Under the pieces are notes generated by a model that did not search any database, had not been told where the DNA came from, and was given only the letters and a program-made list of their open reading frames with translations. A stretch of 64,000 bases of DNA from a phage. Each line of letters starts with the position of its first letter. Position 1 is the first letter of the stretch. A program made the translations under genes and the position numbers. Positions 18,095-27,833 of this stretch are shown piece after piece. The stretch is from assembly GCA_025830695.1 (NCBI GenBank), contig GCA_025830695.1_4111.1; one strand, 5' to 3'.

Positions 18095-18112
18095 AAAAAC
18101 ATGTGATATAAT
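18083..18112 (+). promoter_or_regulatory. sigma-70-like promoter (TTGAAA-18-TATAAT, TG-extended)
   Basis: TGTGATATAAT extended -10. Confidence 0.45.
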
Positions 18113-18157
18113 GTTTATTGTAGGCTTATATCACACATACAATAAAAGGATTTTGAT

Positions 18158-18502
18158 ATGTCTAAACATACAACTTATCGTGGTACAACAATTGACATGG
18201 ATATGCTCAAGTACCAAAATCAACATCAGGTAGCATTAGGTAATGCTAATTTAAACGCACGTGGTGATAAAATCGGTTCAGGTGGAACAATTATTAAAAC
18301 TCGTGAAGAGTTGATTCAAGAAAAAGAACGAGAAATGCAAATTCCTGATTATATCCCTGAACATCAACTTCATAGTACTGAACATGGTACGGATGAAGTA
18401 TGGGATGATGAGAGTTTTGAAGTTAAGCCCGAAGAACAAGAAGCTGAGGTTTCTGAAGAGAAGAAAGCACCACGTCGAGCTAGAACCAAAGATCAGGAGT
18501 AA
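18158..18502 (+). CDS. hypothetical acidic protein
   Basis: 114-aa ORF. Confidence 0.5.
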   Translation: MSKHTTYRGTTIDMDMLKYQNQHQVALGNANLNARGDKIGSGGTIIKTREELIQEKEREMQIPDYIPEHQLHSTEHGTDEVWDDESFEVKPEEQEAEVSEEKKAPRRARTKDQE

Positions 18503-18510
18503 TATATTAA

Positions 18511-18837
18511 ATGACTAATAAAGTAATGACTGCATGTAAAGGTAAAGTACTGGTAACTGAACTGGAACATGGTGAACGCAAAACAGCAGGTGGTATCGTT
18601 TTAACAAACGATGACGGTAAAATTAGAGGTATTCGTTCTCGCTGGGCAAAAGTTTATTCTGTAGGCGAAGACATTACTGATATTAAAGAAGGTCAATGGA
18701 TTTTAATTGATCATGGTCGATGGTCAAGAACTATTGAAGTTGATGGTATTGAATTAAACTTGGTTGATTATCCAGCCGCAGTTAGTTTAGTTTCAGATGA
18801 AGATCCACGAACTAAAATGCTAACCTTTGGTCGTTAA
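18511..18837 (+). CDS. co-chaperonin GroES-like (gp31 functional analogue)
   Basis: GKVLV...E.KTAGGIVLT core and overall length match Cpn10. Confidence 0.65.
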   Translation: MTNKVMTACKGKVLVTELEHGERKTAGGIVLTNDDGKIRGIRSRWAKVYSVGEDITDIKEGQWILIDHGRWSRTIEVDGIELNLVDYPAAVSLVSDEDPRTKMLTFGR

Positions 18838-18851
18838 TAAAATATAATTAA

Positions 18852-18878
18852 AGCTCGGATGAATATCTGGGCTTTTTA
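18852..18878 (+). terminator. rho-independent terminator (weak)
   Basis: imperfect hairpin + TTTTT. Confidence 0.4.
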
Positions 18879-18890
18879 TTTGGACAGATT

Positions 18891-19163
18891 TTGATGATAA
18901 CTGATGATGGAAAATTTAGTTTCAAGGATGTAACATTAGTATCTAAAAACGGAAGATTCATGTTTGAAGATAGAAAAAATACCAAATATGTATATGAAGT
19001 TTCACATGATATGTTTAAAGTTTTATTAGTTGCATCAGCCCAAGCTGAAAGTACTGGGATTAAAAATAAGGCAAATTCTTTTAATTTTTTATTAAATCAA
19101 TTGGAAATGACAGAAGAACTTTTCACGGCTTTATTATATAATTCAGCCGATTGGATTCTATAA
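18891..19163 (+). CDS. hypothetical protein
   Basis: 90-aa ORF. Confidence 0.45.
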   Translation: MMITDDGKFSFKDVTLVSKNGRFMFEDRKNTKYVYEVSHDMFKVLLVASAQAESTGIKNKANSFNFLLNQLEMTEELFTALLYNSADWIL

Positions 19164-19186
19164 CACGTACACATAAGGAAATACAA

Positions 19187-20140
19187 ATGACCACACTATG
19201 GACTGAAAAATATCGCCCACAATCAATGGAAGATTATGTATCAAAAAACGATGCACTACGCCAGAAAATGGAAGAATGGATTAAGACTGGTGACATTCCA
19301 CATATTGGGTTTTTTGGCCCAGCAGGAACTGGTAAAACATCTGCGATCAAAGTACTAATTAATGGACTAGTTCAAAATGGACACCTTGATCCAAGTGATG
19401 TGACCACGCTTAACATGTCCGATGAAGGCATTGATGCTGTTCGTGACAAAATCGATGCCGCAGCAAAGCTATCATGTTTTGGTAGATATCGTATTTTTGT
19501 TCTTGAAGAAATGGAGCAGATGAACCACAAAGCACAAGGTAGTTTGAAACGTGTAATGGAAGACTATCATGAAAATGCTCGCTTTATTTTAACAAGTAAC
19601 GAACCACATAAAATTCAAAAACCTATCATTTCTCGTGTTCAAGTTATTACAATCGAAAAGCATGATATGGAACAATTCATGACTCGAATTTATAATATTC
19701 TTCTAGCAGAAGGTGTTGATTTGAGTAGTGATGATAGTGTTGAACAAGTTCAAAAGTACATCAATGCTTCCTATCCTGATTTCCGTAAAACACTAAACGT
19801 ATTGCAAAGTTCAGTTGTTGATGGTAAGCTAGTAAAACTTGAAGATAGTATTGAAAATTCAGCAGGGTATCGTACTGCAATTGTTGAAGCATTAAAGGCA
19901 GGCAACATTCGCCAAATGCGTGAACAAATTGTACAAAATATCCCTGATGATGAGATGGATGCATTTTTCTCTTACTTGTACAGAAATGCTGAAATGTTCA
20001 GTACTGATGAAATCACACTGATGAAGATTAAAGTTAAAATTCGTGATGCAGTTGTTAAGCAAGCAACAGTATCAGACCGTGAAATGAATCTTAGTGCTTT
20101 ACTGTGTGAGATTGACCTAATTTGTTCGGGGAACATGTAA
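19187..20140 (+). CDS. sliding-clamp loader large subunit (gp44-like, RFC/AAA+)
   Basis: EKYRP...GPAGTGKTS Walker A, SRVQVITI, YPDFRKT; ORF in track (19151..20140), start moved to ATG 19187 with AAGGA RBS. Confidence 0.85.
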   Translation: MTTLWTEKYRPQSMEDYVSKNDALRQKMEEWIKTGDIPHIGFFGPAGTGKTSAIKVLINGLVQNGHLDPSDVTTLNMSDEGIDAVRDKIDAAAKLSCFGRYRIFVLEEMEQMNHKAQGSLKRVMEDYHENARFILTSNEPHKIQKPIISRVQVITIEKHDMEQFMTRIYNILLAEGVDLSSDDSVEQVQKYINASYPDFRKTLNVLQSSVVDGKLVKLEDSIENSAGYRTAIVEALKAGNIRQMREQIVQNIPDDEMDAFFSYLYRNAEMFSTDEITLMKIKVKIRDAVVKQATVSDREMNLSALLCEIDLICSGNM

Positions 20141-20766
20141 TGAAACCACGTTGTATAGTTTTTGATTGTGATGAAGTTCTATTGGACCATATGGGTATGC
20201 TTTCTGAGTTTGTAAAACAAACTTATAATATCACACCATCAACACCATACCCATTAGAATATGATTTATCAGACTGGTTGGGTGTTCCTCAACCTGAAGT
20301 TAAAAAGATTCTTGAACAGTTCAACCAACAATCATATTTGTTTGGGTTGTTAAAGCCAGTCGAACCAAATACAGTTGATATTGTACAAGAGCTACGTGAT
20401 CGTTTTCATAAAGAAAAATTCGTAGTACTCACAAAATGTGGTAAAAAAGGCTATGGTGAAGTTTTACGAAATGTAAATCTAATGCGTGAATTTGGTGAAA
20501 ACTGCTTTGATGAGATTATTATCATAGAAATGAATGAATCAAAGAAAGAAGCATTAGAGGATTTACAAACACGATATGATGTAAAACTAATGATTGATGA
20601 TTATATCAATAATATTGAAACTGCTATGGGTCTTGGTATTCCATCAGTTATGATGGGATGTTCTCATAATACTATGTATAAGAATCATAGTGGTTTTGAA
20701 TATATCGAAAACTGGACAGAACTTAGACTGAAAATTTATTCAGTACTAGGTAAATATTACAAATAA
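20140..20766 (+). CDS. HAD-superfamily hydrolase, possible 5'(3')-deoxyribonucleotidase
   Basis: N-terminal IVFDCDEVL (DxD motif) and C-terminal DD pair; TAATG overlap with the gp44 stop. Confidence 0.4.
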   Translation: MKPRCIVFDCDEVLLDHMGMLSEFVKQTYNITPSTPYPLEYDLSDWLGVPQPEVKKILEQFNQQSYLFGLLKPVEPNTVDIVQELRDRFHKEKFVVLTKCGKKGYGEVLRNVNLMREFGENCFDEIIIIEMNESKKEALEDLQTRYDVKLMIDDYINNIETAMGLGIPSVMMGCSHNTMYKNHSGFEYIENWTELRLKIYSVLGKYYK

Positions 20767-20778
20767 AACTTTTAAATT

Positions 20779-20802
20779 GGGGTTTGATTCAAACCCCTTT
20801 TG
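20779..20802 (+). terminator. rho-independent terminator
   Basis: GGGGTTTGA-TTC-AAACCCC + TTTT. Confidence 0.7.
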
Positions 20803-20862
20803 TTGTATTTTAAAAGTAGTAAATAGTATTATATGTGCTAGTTTTTAAGGATAATATAAAAT

Positions 20863-21426
20863 ATGGACGATTTAGATTATACAGATAATGCTATTCAGCA
20901 GTTGTATGATAACAGTGGTATGTTAGATATACTTCTTGCTGTAGAGAAATATTTCGATGATAATGATTTATATGCGTATAAAGGAATTATTGAGGGTGAG
21001 TTGGTAGAGGGGCCAATTGTAAGTAAGTATTGGTGTACTGTTACATTTAAATACTATCGTGAAAATTTTCCCGATCCTACCGCATTCTCTATTTTAGAGA
21101 AACATGGAACTAAAGTATATGTTAAAGCTGATTATGAAATAACTCCTATTAAAGAACCAAATCGTCAAGCTGACATGAAAAGTGTAGCGACACAATCTGG
21201 CTCTGTACGTATACCAAAAAATGAAAGAATCCCAGTACTATTGGTTAGAGTGCAGATTCCACGAAACTTGATTAATCCAGAAAGTTTTGATGAATATAAA
21301 CTAATGGCAGCAGAATTCAATAGTAATCCAATGAATTCTCCTGAGAATATTGAAGAACCTGTAACTGGTGATGATGTGGATTTGGATGTAGAAGTAACGG
21401 ATGAGACACAAGAAGGTGGAATGTAA
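20863..21426 (+). CDS. hypothetical protein
   Basis: 187-aa ORF. Confidence 0.5.
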   Translation: MDDLDYTDNAIQQLYDNSGMLDILLAVEKYFDDNDLYAYKGIIEGELVEGPIVSKYWCTVTFKYYRENFPDPTAFSILEKHGTKVYVKADYEITPIKEPNRQADMKSVATQSGSVRIPKNERIPVLLVRVQIPRNLINPESFDEYKLMAAEFNSNPMNSPENIEEPVTGDDVDLDVEVTDETQEGGM

Positions 21427-22106
21427 TGAAAAAGAAATTAAATGAACAAGGCTTACGTCCGCAAGTTCTCAAAGATTTGATTCATCCTATCATTAGTGTT
21501 GATGAATATACTCCTAAAATTGAAGATAGTAATATTGTTATTATGTTTCAGGTACTTAACAACTTTGATGCAGCATATGATTTATCTTCTTTTATTGAAA
21601 AATCACCTATTGACGTAGTTGATACTGAAGCAGCAGAAACACCAAATCTAGATGGTCGTTATCAAGTTTATGTAGAAATGGAACGAAATGCTGAATTCCC
21701 AGAAAAACTATTACGTTTAATTAAAACAATTGAAAATATTTGCCCAGACCCTGGTTGGAAAATCCAACTATATGGTGTTAATGATCCAATCGATGTTGAT
21801 TTTGAAGAAATACAGCAGAGAATTGATTTGGGTATTCCTAGTTCAATTAGTGAGTTTCTTGATTACGCTGGTGTTTCAGTAATCAAAGAAGGAAACATGT
21901 TGACATTAAAAACAGCATATGGTAAATTACATTACAGTACTGGAAGCGGTTTTGTTTCAGAAACATATGTGAAAAAGTTATTAAAGAATGATACACAATT
22001 AGACACTTCGCGTCTTAGTTCCATACTAGGGGAAAGCTATACAGTACTACGAAGTGGTGATCAATATGTAATTGGAAGAAACGGGAAATATTTGGTGTTG
22101 CGATGA
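21426..22106 (+). CDS. hypothetical protein
   Basis: 226-aa ORF, ATGA-coupled to the upstream ORF. Confidence 0.5.
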   Translation: MKKKLNEQGLRPQVLKDLIHPIISVDEYTPKIEDSNIVIMFQVLNNFDAAYDLSSFIEKSPIDVVDTEAAETPNLDGRYQVYVEMERNAEFPEKLLRLIKTIENICPDPGWKIQLYGVNDPIDVDFEEIQQRIDLGIPSSISEFLDYAGVSVIKEGNMLTLKTAYGKLHYSTGSGFVSETYVKKLLKNDTQLDTSRLSSILGESYTVLRSGDQYVIGRNGKYLVLR

Positions 22107-22921
22107 GAATTTTAAATATGCTTAAATCTCTTCACGAAACAACCAAATTACATCAGGATGAAAAGTATCGTCGCAGCCTTACTAAAGATTTAGCATGTCG
22201 TATGTATATGCGTAGATTTGAAATTTCAAGAATTGGTAAAGGCTGGGATGATGTAAATCGTGAAGACATTGATCCAGATGCAATTTTTAAAGCATACATG
22301 GCTAGAAAAGTTTTCATAAATGAAAAAACTTTTTATATTGATAGTGATAGAGAATTAGAAAATAAATTTACAAAAGGTTTATGGAAGATATGGTGTGTTG
22401 AAGTATTCGGTGAAGTATTACCTGAGCCACCTGTTCCAGAAACTTATAAAGATTTAAAAAGTATTTTTGATAATGAACATATACATTCAAATTTCTCATT
22501 ATATGATACTGTGTCAGAAGCTGTATTTTATGGTGAGTTACATGGTCATAACAAATACTTTGATAGTATGGTTAGTTTTGATTTGTTTTGTCACTTGCCT
22601 GGTGTATCAAGTTGGACATGTGACCAACACAGAGCAAGTAAGATTGATAAGCGAAAATTCTCGGCCCAAAGATTTATGCAAGTTGCTATGAGTATGTATA
22701 AACTTGATTATCTTGGTTGTCCAGAACCATATAAACATTTTTGGAAAGAAAGAGCACAAAAATGTTTAAACTATTGTATAATCCGTTTAATGGACACATA
22801 CATTCTTAAGTTTAGAAATGCAACTGTATACGACATGCCTGAACCACCAAAGAATGAAAAATATCCACCTGTCAAGACATTTGTATGGTACAAGGATAAA
22901 AGTAACAAAAGGATGCACTAA
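22103..22921 (+). CDS. hypothetical protein
   Basis: 272-aa ORF. Confidence 0.5.
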   Translation: MRILNMLKSLHETTKLHQDEKYRRSLTKDLACRMYMRRFEISRIGKGWDDVNREDIDPDAIFKAYMARKVFINEKTFYIDSDRELENKFTKGLWKIWCVEVFGEVLPEPPVPETYKDLKSIFDNEHIHSNFSLYDTVSEAVFYGELHGHNKYFDSMVSFDLFCHLPGVSSWTCDQHRASKIDKRKFSAQRFMQVAMSMYKLDYLGCPEPYKHFWKERAQKCLNYCIIRLMDTYILKFRNATVYDMPEPPKNEKYPPVKTFVWYKDKSNKRMH

Positions 22922-22937
22922 GGTGCGTCCTTTTTTC
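22911..22937 (+). terminator. rho-independent terminator
   Basis: GGATGCAC/GTGCGTCC hairpin + T6. Confidence 0.6.
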
Positions 22938-22947
22938 TTTTCAGGTG

Positions 22948-22976
22948 TTGACATGTGTAGTCGAAGTATGTACAAT
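22948..22976 (+). promoter_or_regulatory. sigma-70-like promoter (TTGACA-17-TACAAT)
   Basis: hexamers read directly. Confidence 0.6.
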
Positions 22977-23017
22977 ATCACCATAGCGTAAATTTTAATT
23001 GATTATGAGGTTTTATA

Positions 23018-24145
23018 ATGAAAGGTAAATATTTTTTCATTGAAAATGGCAAAGAAGTTGAGATTCAAGAATTTAACTATAATTATGTACTGAACTCTTT
23101 ATTGAAACAATATGACCGTTCATCAAACAAAAAATACATTTACAATGTAATTGTACGTCGCACCTATGACTCGCTGGGTAATCCGTTATTTGATGTAAAA
23201 ACTCTGTCATTAGATGAAATCTATTTTGATAATAAACGTCTGAAAGTTCTTGATTTAATGAAGGATAAAATTCATTTTAGTAATATTAGAATTGATCCTA
23301 ACATGCCAGTACCGCCATTAGAGCGTGAATATCGTGAATGGAAAGAAGGTCGTGCCAAACCACGTTTAGACTTGGTACAAACATCACCAGATGTACCTGC
23401 ACCTATTGTTCTTAAGAAAAAACCTATCAACCCAGACGATAGCAGAATTGATGACATTGAAAGATGGGTTGAATTCCCTAGTACTATTGAAAAGAATTCA
23501 GTAAAAGTACTAGACTGGTTTGTAAACTTACCAGTTTGTGCACAAGAAATTGGAACTAAGATTCAACAAATTTCAGAACGTCAATTGGATCTTAACTCAG
23601 CATTACAACAGCATAGTGATTATATTAGAATGCTTATGAATAACCTTACTGTTGCGTTGGAAACGTTGTTCCCATTGAAGCCGACCTTTACACAGAAATT
23701 GTTTGGTAAAACTGATATCAAAGTGCAACCATCAGATTTGCCAAAAGTGATGAAAGCACTAAATGAAGCAGTTAAGTATGACACTAATAAGTTTAGTGGT
23801 CTTAGTACGATGTTTTCAGAACTTAGAAACGAAGTTAATGAAATCAAAAATGAACTTGAATATGGTAAGTTGGGTTGTGAATACGCACTACGTTGTGTGG
23901 ATGATGCGTTTGAATATGAATTAACATTAGAACGTATTATGAAAATGGGAATCACCACCTCCATGACTGAAACGAGCATTATTGCAACAAGTAAGCAATA
24001 TCAAGTTGATATGAATCGTATGGTAGATATTCAAACTATTACTATTCCTTTGATTATCAATCGTTTACAATCACAGACAGGTAAAGCTGTGGATGAGAGT
24101 ACTGTAGAAATTATTCGTAATCTGGCATATGGTAACAAAGAGTAA
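23018..24145 (+). CDS. hypothetical protein
   Basis: 375-aa ORF. Confidence 0.5.
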   Translation: MKGKYFFIENGKEVEIQEFNYNYVLNSLLKQYDRSSNKKYIYNVIVRRTYDSLGNPLFDVKTLSLDEIYFDNKRLKVLDLMKDKIHFSNIRIDPNMPVPPLEREYREWKEGRAKPRLDLVQTSPDVPAPIVLKKKPINPDDSRIDDIERWVEFPSTIEKNSVKVLDWFVNLPVCAQEIGTKIQQISERQLDLNSALQQHSDYIRMLMNNLTVALETLFPLKPTFTQKLFGKTDIKVQPSDLPKVMKALNEAVKYDTNKFSGLSTMFSELRNEVNEIKNELEYGKLGCEYALRCVDDAFEYELTLERIMKMGITTSMTETSIIATSKQYQVDMNRMVDIQTITIPLIINRLQSQTGKAVDESTVEIIRNLAYGNKE

Positions 24146-24154
24146 AAAAAATAC

Positions 24155-24183
24155 TTGACTATCATACGTGCTGCCCGTATAAT
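24155..24183 (+). promoter_or_regulatory. sigma-70-like promoter (TTGACT-17-TATAAT)
   Basis: hexamers read directly. Confidence 0.6.
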
Positions 24184-24231
24184 GTTTATCACAGAGCAGC
24201 ACATCATATTAAATTAAACGAGGAATACTAA

Positions 24232-25368
24232 ATGTCCGAGAAAGAAATCAATCCTAAAAAAGCATCCACCGCAGCTAAATCAGCAAAACGCACTACTAAA
24301 ACTGCGTCTAAAGGTCATACAATTGATGCAAGTGATATTTTTAACCAAACTACAAAATCACTACCAGTACTGAAAGATGTTAAGGGAAATACTATGTCTC
24401 TAACAGTTCAAAACATCAATACTGTTGGTACAACTGCTGGTGCTGCTGTTGGGCGTTTGGCTGATGAAATTATGTCTAAAGTTAATGTAACGGATGACAA
24501 TACCGAGTTTGGTAAATCAATCACCACAATTCTTACGTTGACTCGTGCAGTTGATATTGATAGTCTTCAAGAAGATAAATCAATTGTTGGTCGTATTAAG
24601 AAATTCTTTGTTAATGCTCAACAGAAAGTAGGTGATCAGTACAAAAACAGTAAAGAGCAAATTGACGAAATTATGAAAACTCTTCAAACTGGTATTAATC
24701 GCCAGCACGGAGAATGTGAATGGCTTGATAAAGCATATAATGAAAACAAAGAATATTTGTTTGAATTACGTGATACATTAGTTGGTTTAGAAGAAGTAAC
24801 TAAAACACAAGATGCATTATTATTAGAAATGCAAGCAGACAAAAATGTAGACTCTTTTGCTATTCAAGAGCAAAAGATGATTTGTGAAGCACTTTCTAAA
24901 CAAGAAGATAAGATTCGTCGTCTTATCATGATGTGCGAGCTAAGTGGTCCACGTTTGATGAGTATGAAAAAAGTAAACTTGAACACTGTTTCTAAGTTTG
25001 AAGATTTAAAATCTGTTGTTATTCCAGCATGGAAGTCTCAATTGGCTGAACAGTTAATTTCCGAGCGTCAACGTAAGGATAATGAACTAGGCAATCTAAT
25101 TGATAATGAGACAAACCGTCTTTTGGAAACTAACTCTAAAATGGTTGCAGCAAATATGTTGGACGCAGCAAAGGCAAACAACCGTGGTATTGTGGATATT
25201 AAAACCTTGCGTAATGTACATAAAACGATGATTGACAGTATTGAAGCAGTTATTGAAGAAGAGAAAAAAGGTAAATTGGAACGTGAACGTGCTAAACAGG
25301 AAATTGCCCAACTTTCCTATGAACTGGAAGACACTCTTCGTGAAATTGCCGAAAAAGCTAACAAGTAA
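24232..25368 (+). CDS. hypothetical coiled-coil protein (possibly TelA-like; unverified)
   Basis: 378 aa, helix/coiled-coil-rich, GAGGA RBS; family assignment rests on size and character only. Confidence 0.5.
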   Translation: MSEKEINPKKASTAAKSAKRTTKTASKGHTIDASDIFNQTTKSLPVLKDVKGNTMSLTVQNINTVGTTAGAAVGRLADEIMSKVNVTDDNTEFGKSITTILTLTRAVDIDSLQEDKSIVGRIKKFFVNAQQKVGDQYKNSKEQIDEIMKTLQTGINRQHGECEWLDKAYNENKEYLFELRDTLVGLEEVTKTQDALLLEMQADKNVDSFAIQEQKMICEALSKQEDKIRRLIMMCELSGPRLMSMKKVNLNTVSKFEDLKSVVIPAWKSQLAEQLISERQRKDNELGNLIDNETNRLLETNSKMVAANMLDAAKANNRGIVDIKTLRNVHKTMIDSIEAVIEEEKKGKLERERAKQEIAQLSYELEDTLREIAEKANK

Positions 25369-25371
25369 TAG

Positions 25372-25400
25372 TTGACATATGAGTGCGTTTTTAATATAAT
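25372..25400 (+). promoter_or_regulatory. sigma-70-like promoter (TTGACA-17-TATAAT)
   Basis: hexamers read directly; overlaps the terminator hairpin. Confidence 0.55.
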
Positions 25401-25424
25401 CTTATTGAAAACGCACTCTTTTTA
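25381..25424 (+). terminator. rho-independent terminator
   Basis: GAGTGCGTTT ... AAACGCACTC stem + TTTTT. Confidence 0.55.
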
Positions 25425-25447
25425 ATGTACAGATAAGGAACTAACTT

Positions 25448-26137
25448 ATGAAACGTCGTCATATTAGTGTTGATATTGAAGCTCTTGGAACACCTGAACT
25501 TTCCGGTTATGATATTATTATCCCAAATTACGCAGCAGTAGTAGTTCCAAGTAAACCTGAAAATGACATTCGTCAGTTCTTATATATTAAATTACCATAC
25601 CAGGATCAAGTTGCTGCTGGTTTAAAATCAGACGCAGGTGCAATGGATTTTTGGATGAATACATGTCAGAAAGAATACCCTAATGCATATTCTGAAGTTG
25701 CCAGTACTATGAAACTCAAAGCACCTGAACTGTATGGACCGAATGGTCAATCACGACGATTTTTTGCATACAGTAGTATTGTTGATTTCTGGAAAGAATT
25801 ACGTTACAATGATTATGGTGAAGAAGTTCCTCATTCAGTCTGGGGCAACGGATGTAACTTCGATTGTAGTATTTTACAAGCAAACCATTTAAAACTAATG
25901 AACGCTGGTGAGTTGTGGAAGTATGATGCACCTGAAAATGCACGCACATTGAAACGTTTATTGAATGAAGAAGCTCGTATTGAAATGGATGAAATCGTTT
26001 CGGTACAGTTGGATAAATTTATCAGATATGCAAATACGTGTGGGATTAATGGGTTGGAGTTACATCACCCACTGTTTGATGCAGCACGTGAAGCAATCCA
26101 GATTTCATTCTGTCTAAACAAGCTTAAAATGGATTAA
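25448..26137 (+). CDS. dexA: DnaQ-like 3'-5' exonuclease (DexA-like)
   Basis: DEDDh motifs: VDIEALG (Exo I), GNGCNFDCSIL (Exo II), HHPLFDA (Exo III); 229 aa. Confidence 0.65.
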   Translation: MKRRHISVDIEALGTPELSGYDIIIPNYAAVVVPSKPENDIRQFLYIKLPYQDQVAAGLKSDAGAMDFWMNTCQKEYPNAYSEVASTMKLKAPELYGPNGQSRRFFAYSSIVDFWKELRYNDYGEEVPHSVWGNGCNFDCSILQANHLKLMNAGELWKYDAPENARTLKRLLNEEARIEMDEIVSVQLDKFIRYANTCGINGLELHHPLFDAAREAIQISFCLNKLKMD

Positions 26138-26140
26138 TAC

Positions 26141-27235
26141 ATGAATTTCATTATTCTGTTAATACCTGCTCTTATCGTTGTATTCGTTATGAAATACATG
26201 TACGATAAGCATATCAGTACTAAAGAACTATTGATTCATATTGGTTGTTGTCTGGTTGGTGCGGCTCTTGTTCTTGGTATTTCATACGCAATCAACTATA
26301 GCCAGCTTTATGATGTTGAGATTCTGAATGGTCAAGTAACTTCAAAATACAGCCACAAAGAATATTGCACACAATCTAGTTCATGTAAGCACTATACATG
26401 GCATGAGAAGTGCCATACGCGATATGATAGTAAAGGTAAATCACATCGTGAGTGTGAATCATATAAGGTTTTTGATTACTCATATGAAGTTGATTGGTAT
26501 GTGAAAAGTACAGTAGGTGAGTTTGAGATTGAACGTGTGAACCGTCAAGGTACAATGACACCACCACGTTGGCAGCAAGTTATGATTGGTGACTATGCCG
26601 CCGCAGAGAGTTCATATATCAACTATCTATTTGCTGATAAGAACTCATTGTTTAGTCCTGAAGAACTACACAACATGTATGATGAAAAGTATCTTAGTAC
26701 TATTCCAGAATACCCAAGTGTAGTTGATTATTACAAAACACATCACGTAATTAACACTACAAATTACAACGTTGATGGTTACGATGAATACCTTCGTAAT
26801 GAGCTAAAAACGATGGGTGCACGAAAGCAGGTAAACATCCAAGTACTAGTTTATGATTACAAAGATGTGGATTTTGTTGATGCTACCCTTGCATCGTGGC
26901 GTGGTGGTAAGAAGAATGATGTTATTATGTTCTTTGGTATTGACAATGATGGTAACGTTGTCAAATTTTACAGTACATCATTTGCACAAGGAATGAAGAA
27001 TGAAGAGTTACATGCAAAGATGCGTATTGATGCATTAAATGAAAAATTAACTCTTGACTTACTAGTTAAAGAAGTACATAATATTGACACACAGTTTGAG
27101 AGACTCTCTAATAAAGAGTTTGAGTACTTGTCAGTAAAAATGGAACCTAGAAAAGATGTTCTTATCGGTGCTTCCATTGTTTTGTTGATTCTGTCTATTT
27201 TCATTGGCCTTTATATGAGGGATAACGATTTATGA
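26141..27235 (+). CDS. membrane protein with Cys/His-rich ectodomain
   Basis: hydrophobic helices at both termini; C/H cluster CTQSSSCKHYTWHEKCH. Confidence 0.5.
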   Translation: MNFIILLIPALIVVFVMKYMYDKHISTKELLIHIGCCLVGAALVLGISYAINYSQLYDVEILNGQVTSKYSHKEYCTQSSSCKHYTWHEKCHTRYDSKGKSHRECESYKVFDYSYEVDWYVKSTVGEFEIERVNRQGTMTPPRWQQVMIGDYAAAESSYINYLFADKNSLFSPEELHNMYDEKYLSTIPEYPSVVDYYKTHHVINTTNYNVDGYDEYLRNELKTMGARKQVNIQVLVYDYKDVDFVDATLASWRGGKKNDVIMFFGIDNDGNVVKFYSTSFAQGMKNEELHAKMRIDALNEKLTLDLLVKEVHNIDTQFERLSNKEFEYLSVKMEPRKDVLIGASIVLLILSIFIGLYMRDNDL

Positions 27236-27786
27236 ATGGTAAACTCCTTGCGTTAATTGGTATTTTGGTAGTTATTGTACTAATGGTGTTTGGTTCTATT
27301 AGTATGTATGTTGGTGCACATGATCGTGCAGTTGAGTTTGAAGGAAACATTAAAAAGTACTATGATGCATCTGAAAGTCAACTTAGCAATTATACTCTTA
27401 CTATTCAAGATAAGGTTCAAGTAGCAGATAAGTACAAAAATGCGTTGAAAGAAACGATTGAGTCATACTTTAAAGGGCGTGAAGGTGTTGACCAGAAGTT
27501 TGTAATGTCACAGATTCAACAACAGGTTCCAAATCTTGATCCTAAAATTTATCAGGAATTGATGGTGACAATTGAAGCAGGACGTACAAAGTTCAACAAT
27601 CTTCAGAAAATGAAAATTGACCAGTGTACTGATTATGCTAAGTTCCGCAAAGGCTTCTGGAATTCCAAAATTCTTGATTCGAATACGTTTCCAAGTGAAA
27701 ATATTGAACACCTTTGTACAGTAGTATCTGATACACGTACCAAGAAAGCAATGGATACTGGTATTCAAGAATCAATTAAACTATAA
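27232..27786 (+). CDS. membrane-anchored protein, possibly LemA-like
   Basis: N-terminal TM then helical domain, about 184 aa; weak resemblance only. Confidence 0.45.
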   Translation: MNGKLLALIGILVVIVLMVFGSISMYVGAHDRAVEFEGNIKKYYDASESQLSNYTLTIQDKVQVADKYKNALKETIESYFKGREGVDQKFVMSQIQQQVPNLDPKIYQELMVTIEAGRTKFNNLQKMKIDQCTDYAKFRKGFWNSKILDSNTFPSENIEHLCTVVSDTRTKKAMDTGIQESIKL

Positions 27787-27795
27787 TTAAATGTT

Positions 27796-27820
27796 GGGAG
27801 TACTTTGTACTCCCCTTTTC
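27796..27820 (+). terminator. rho-independent terminator
   Basis: GGGAGTAC-TTT-GTACTCCC + CTTTT. Confidence 0.65.
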
Positions 27821-27833
27821 TATGGGGTGTACT

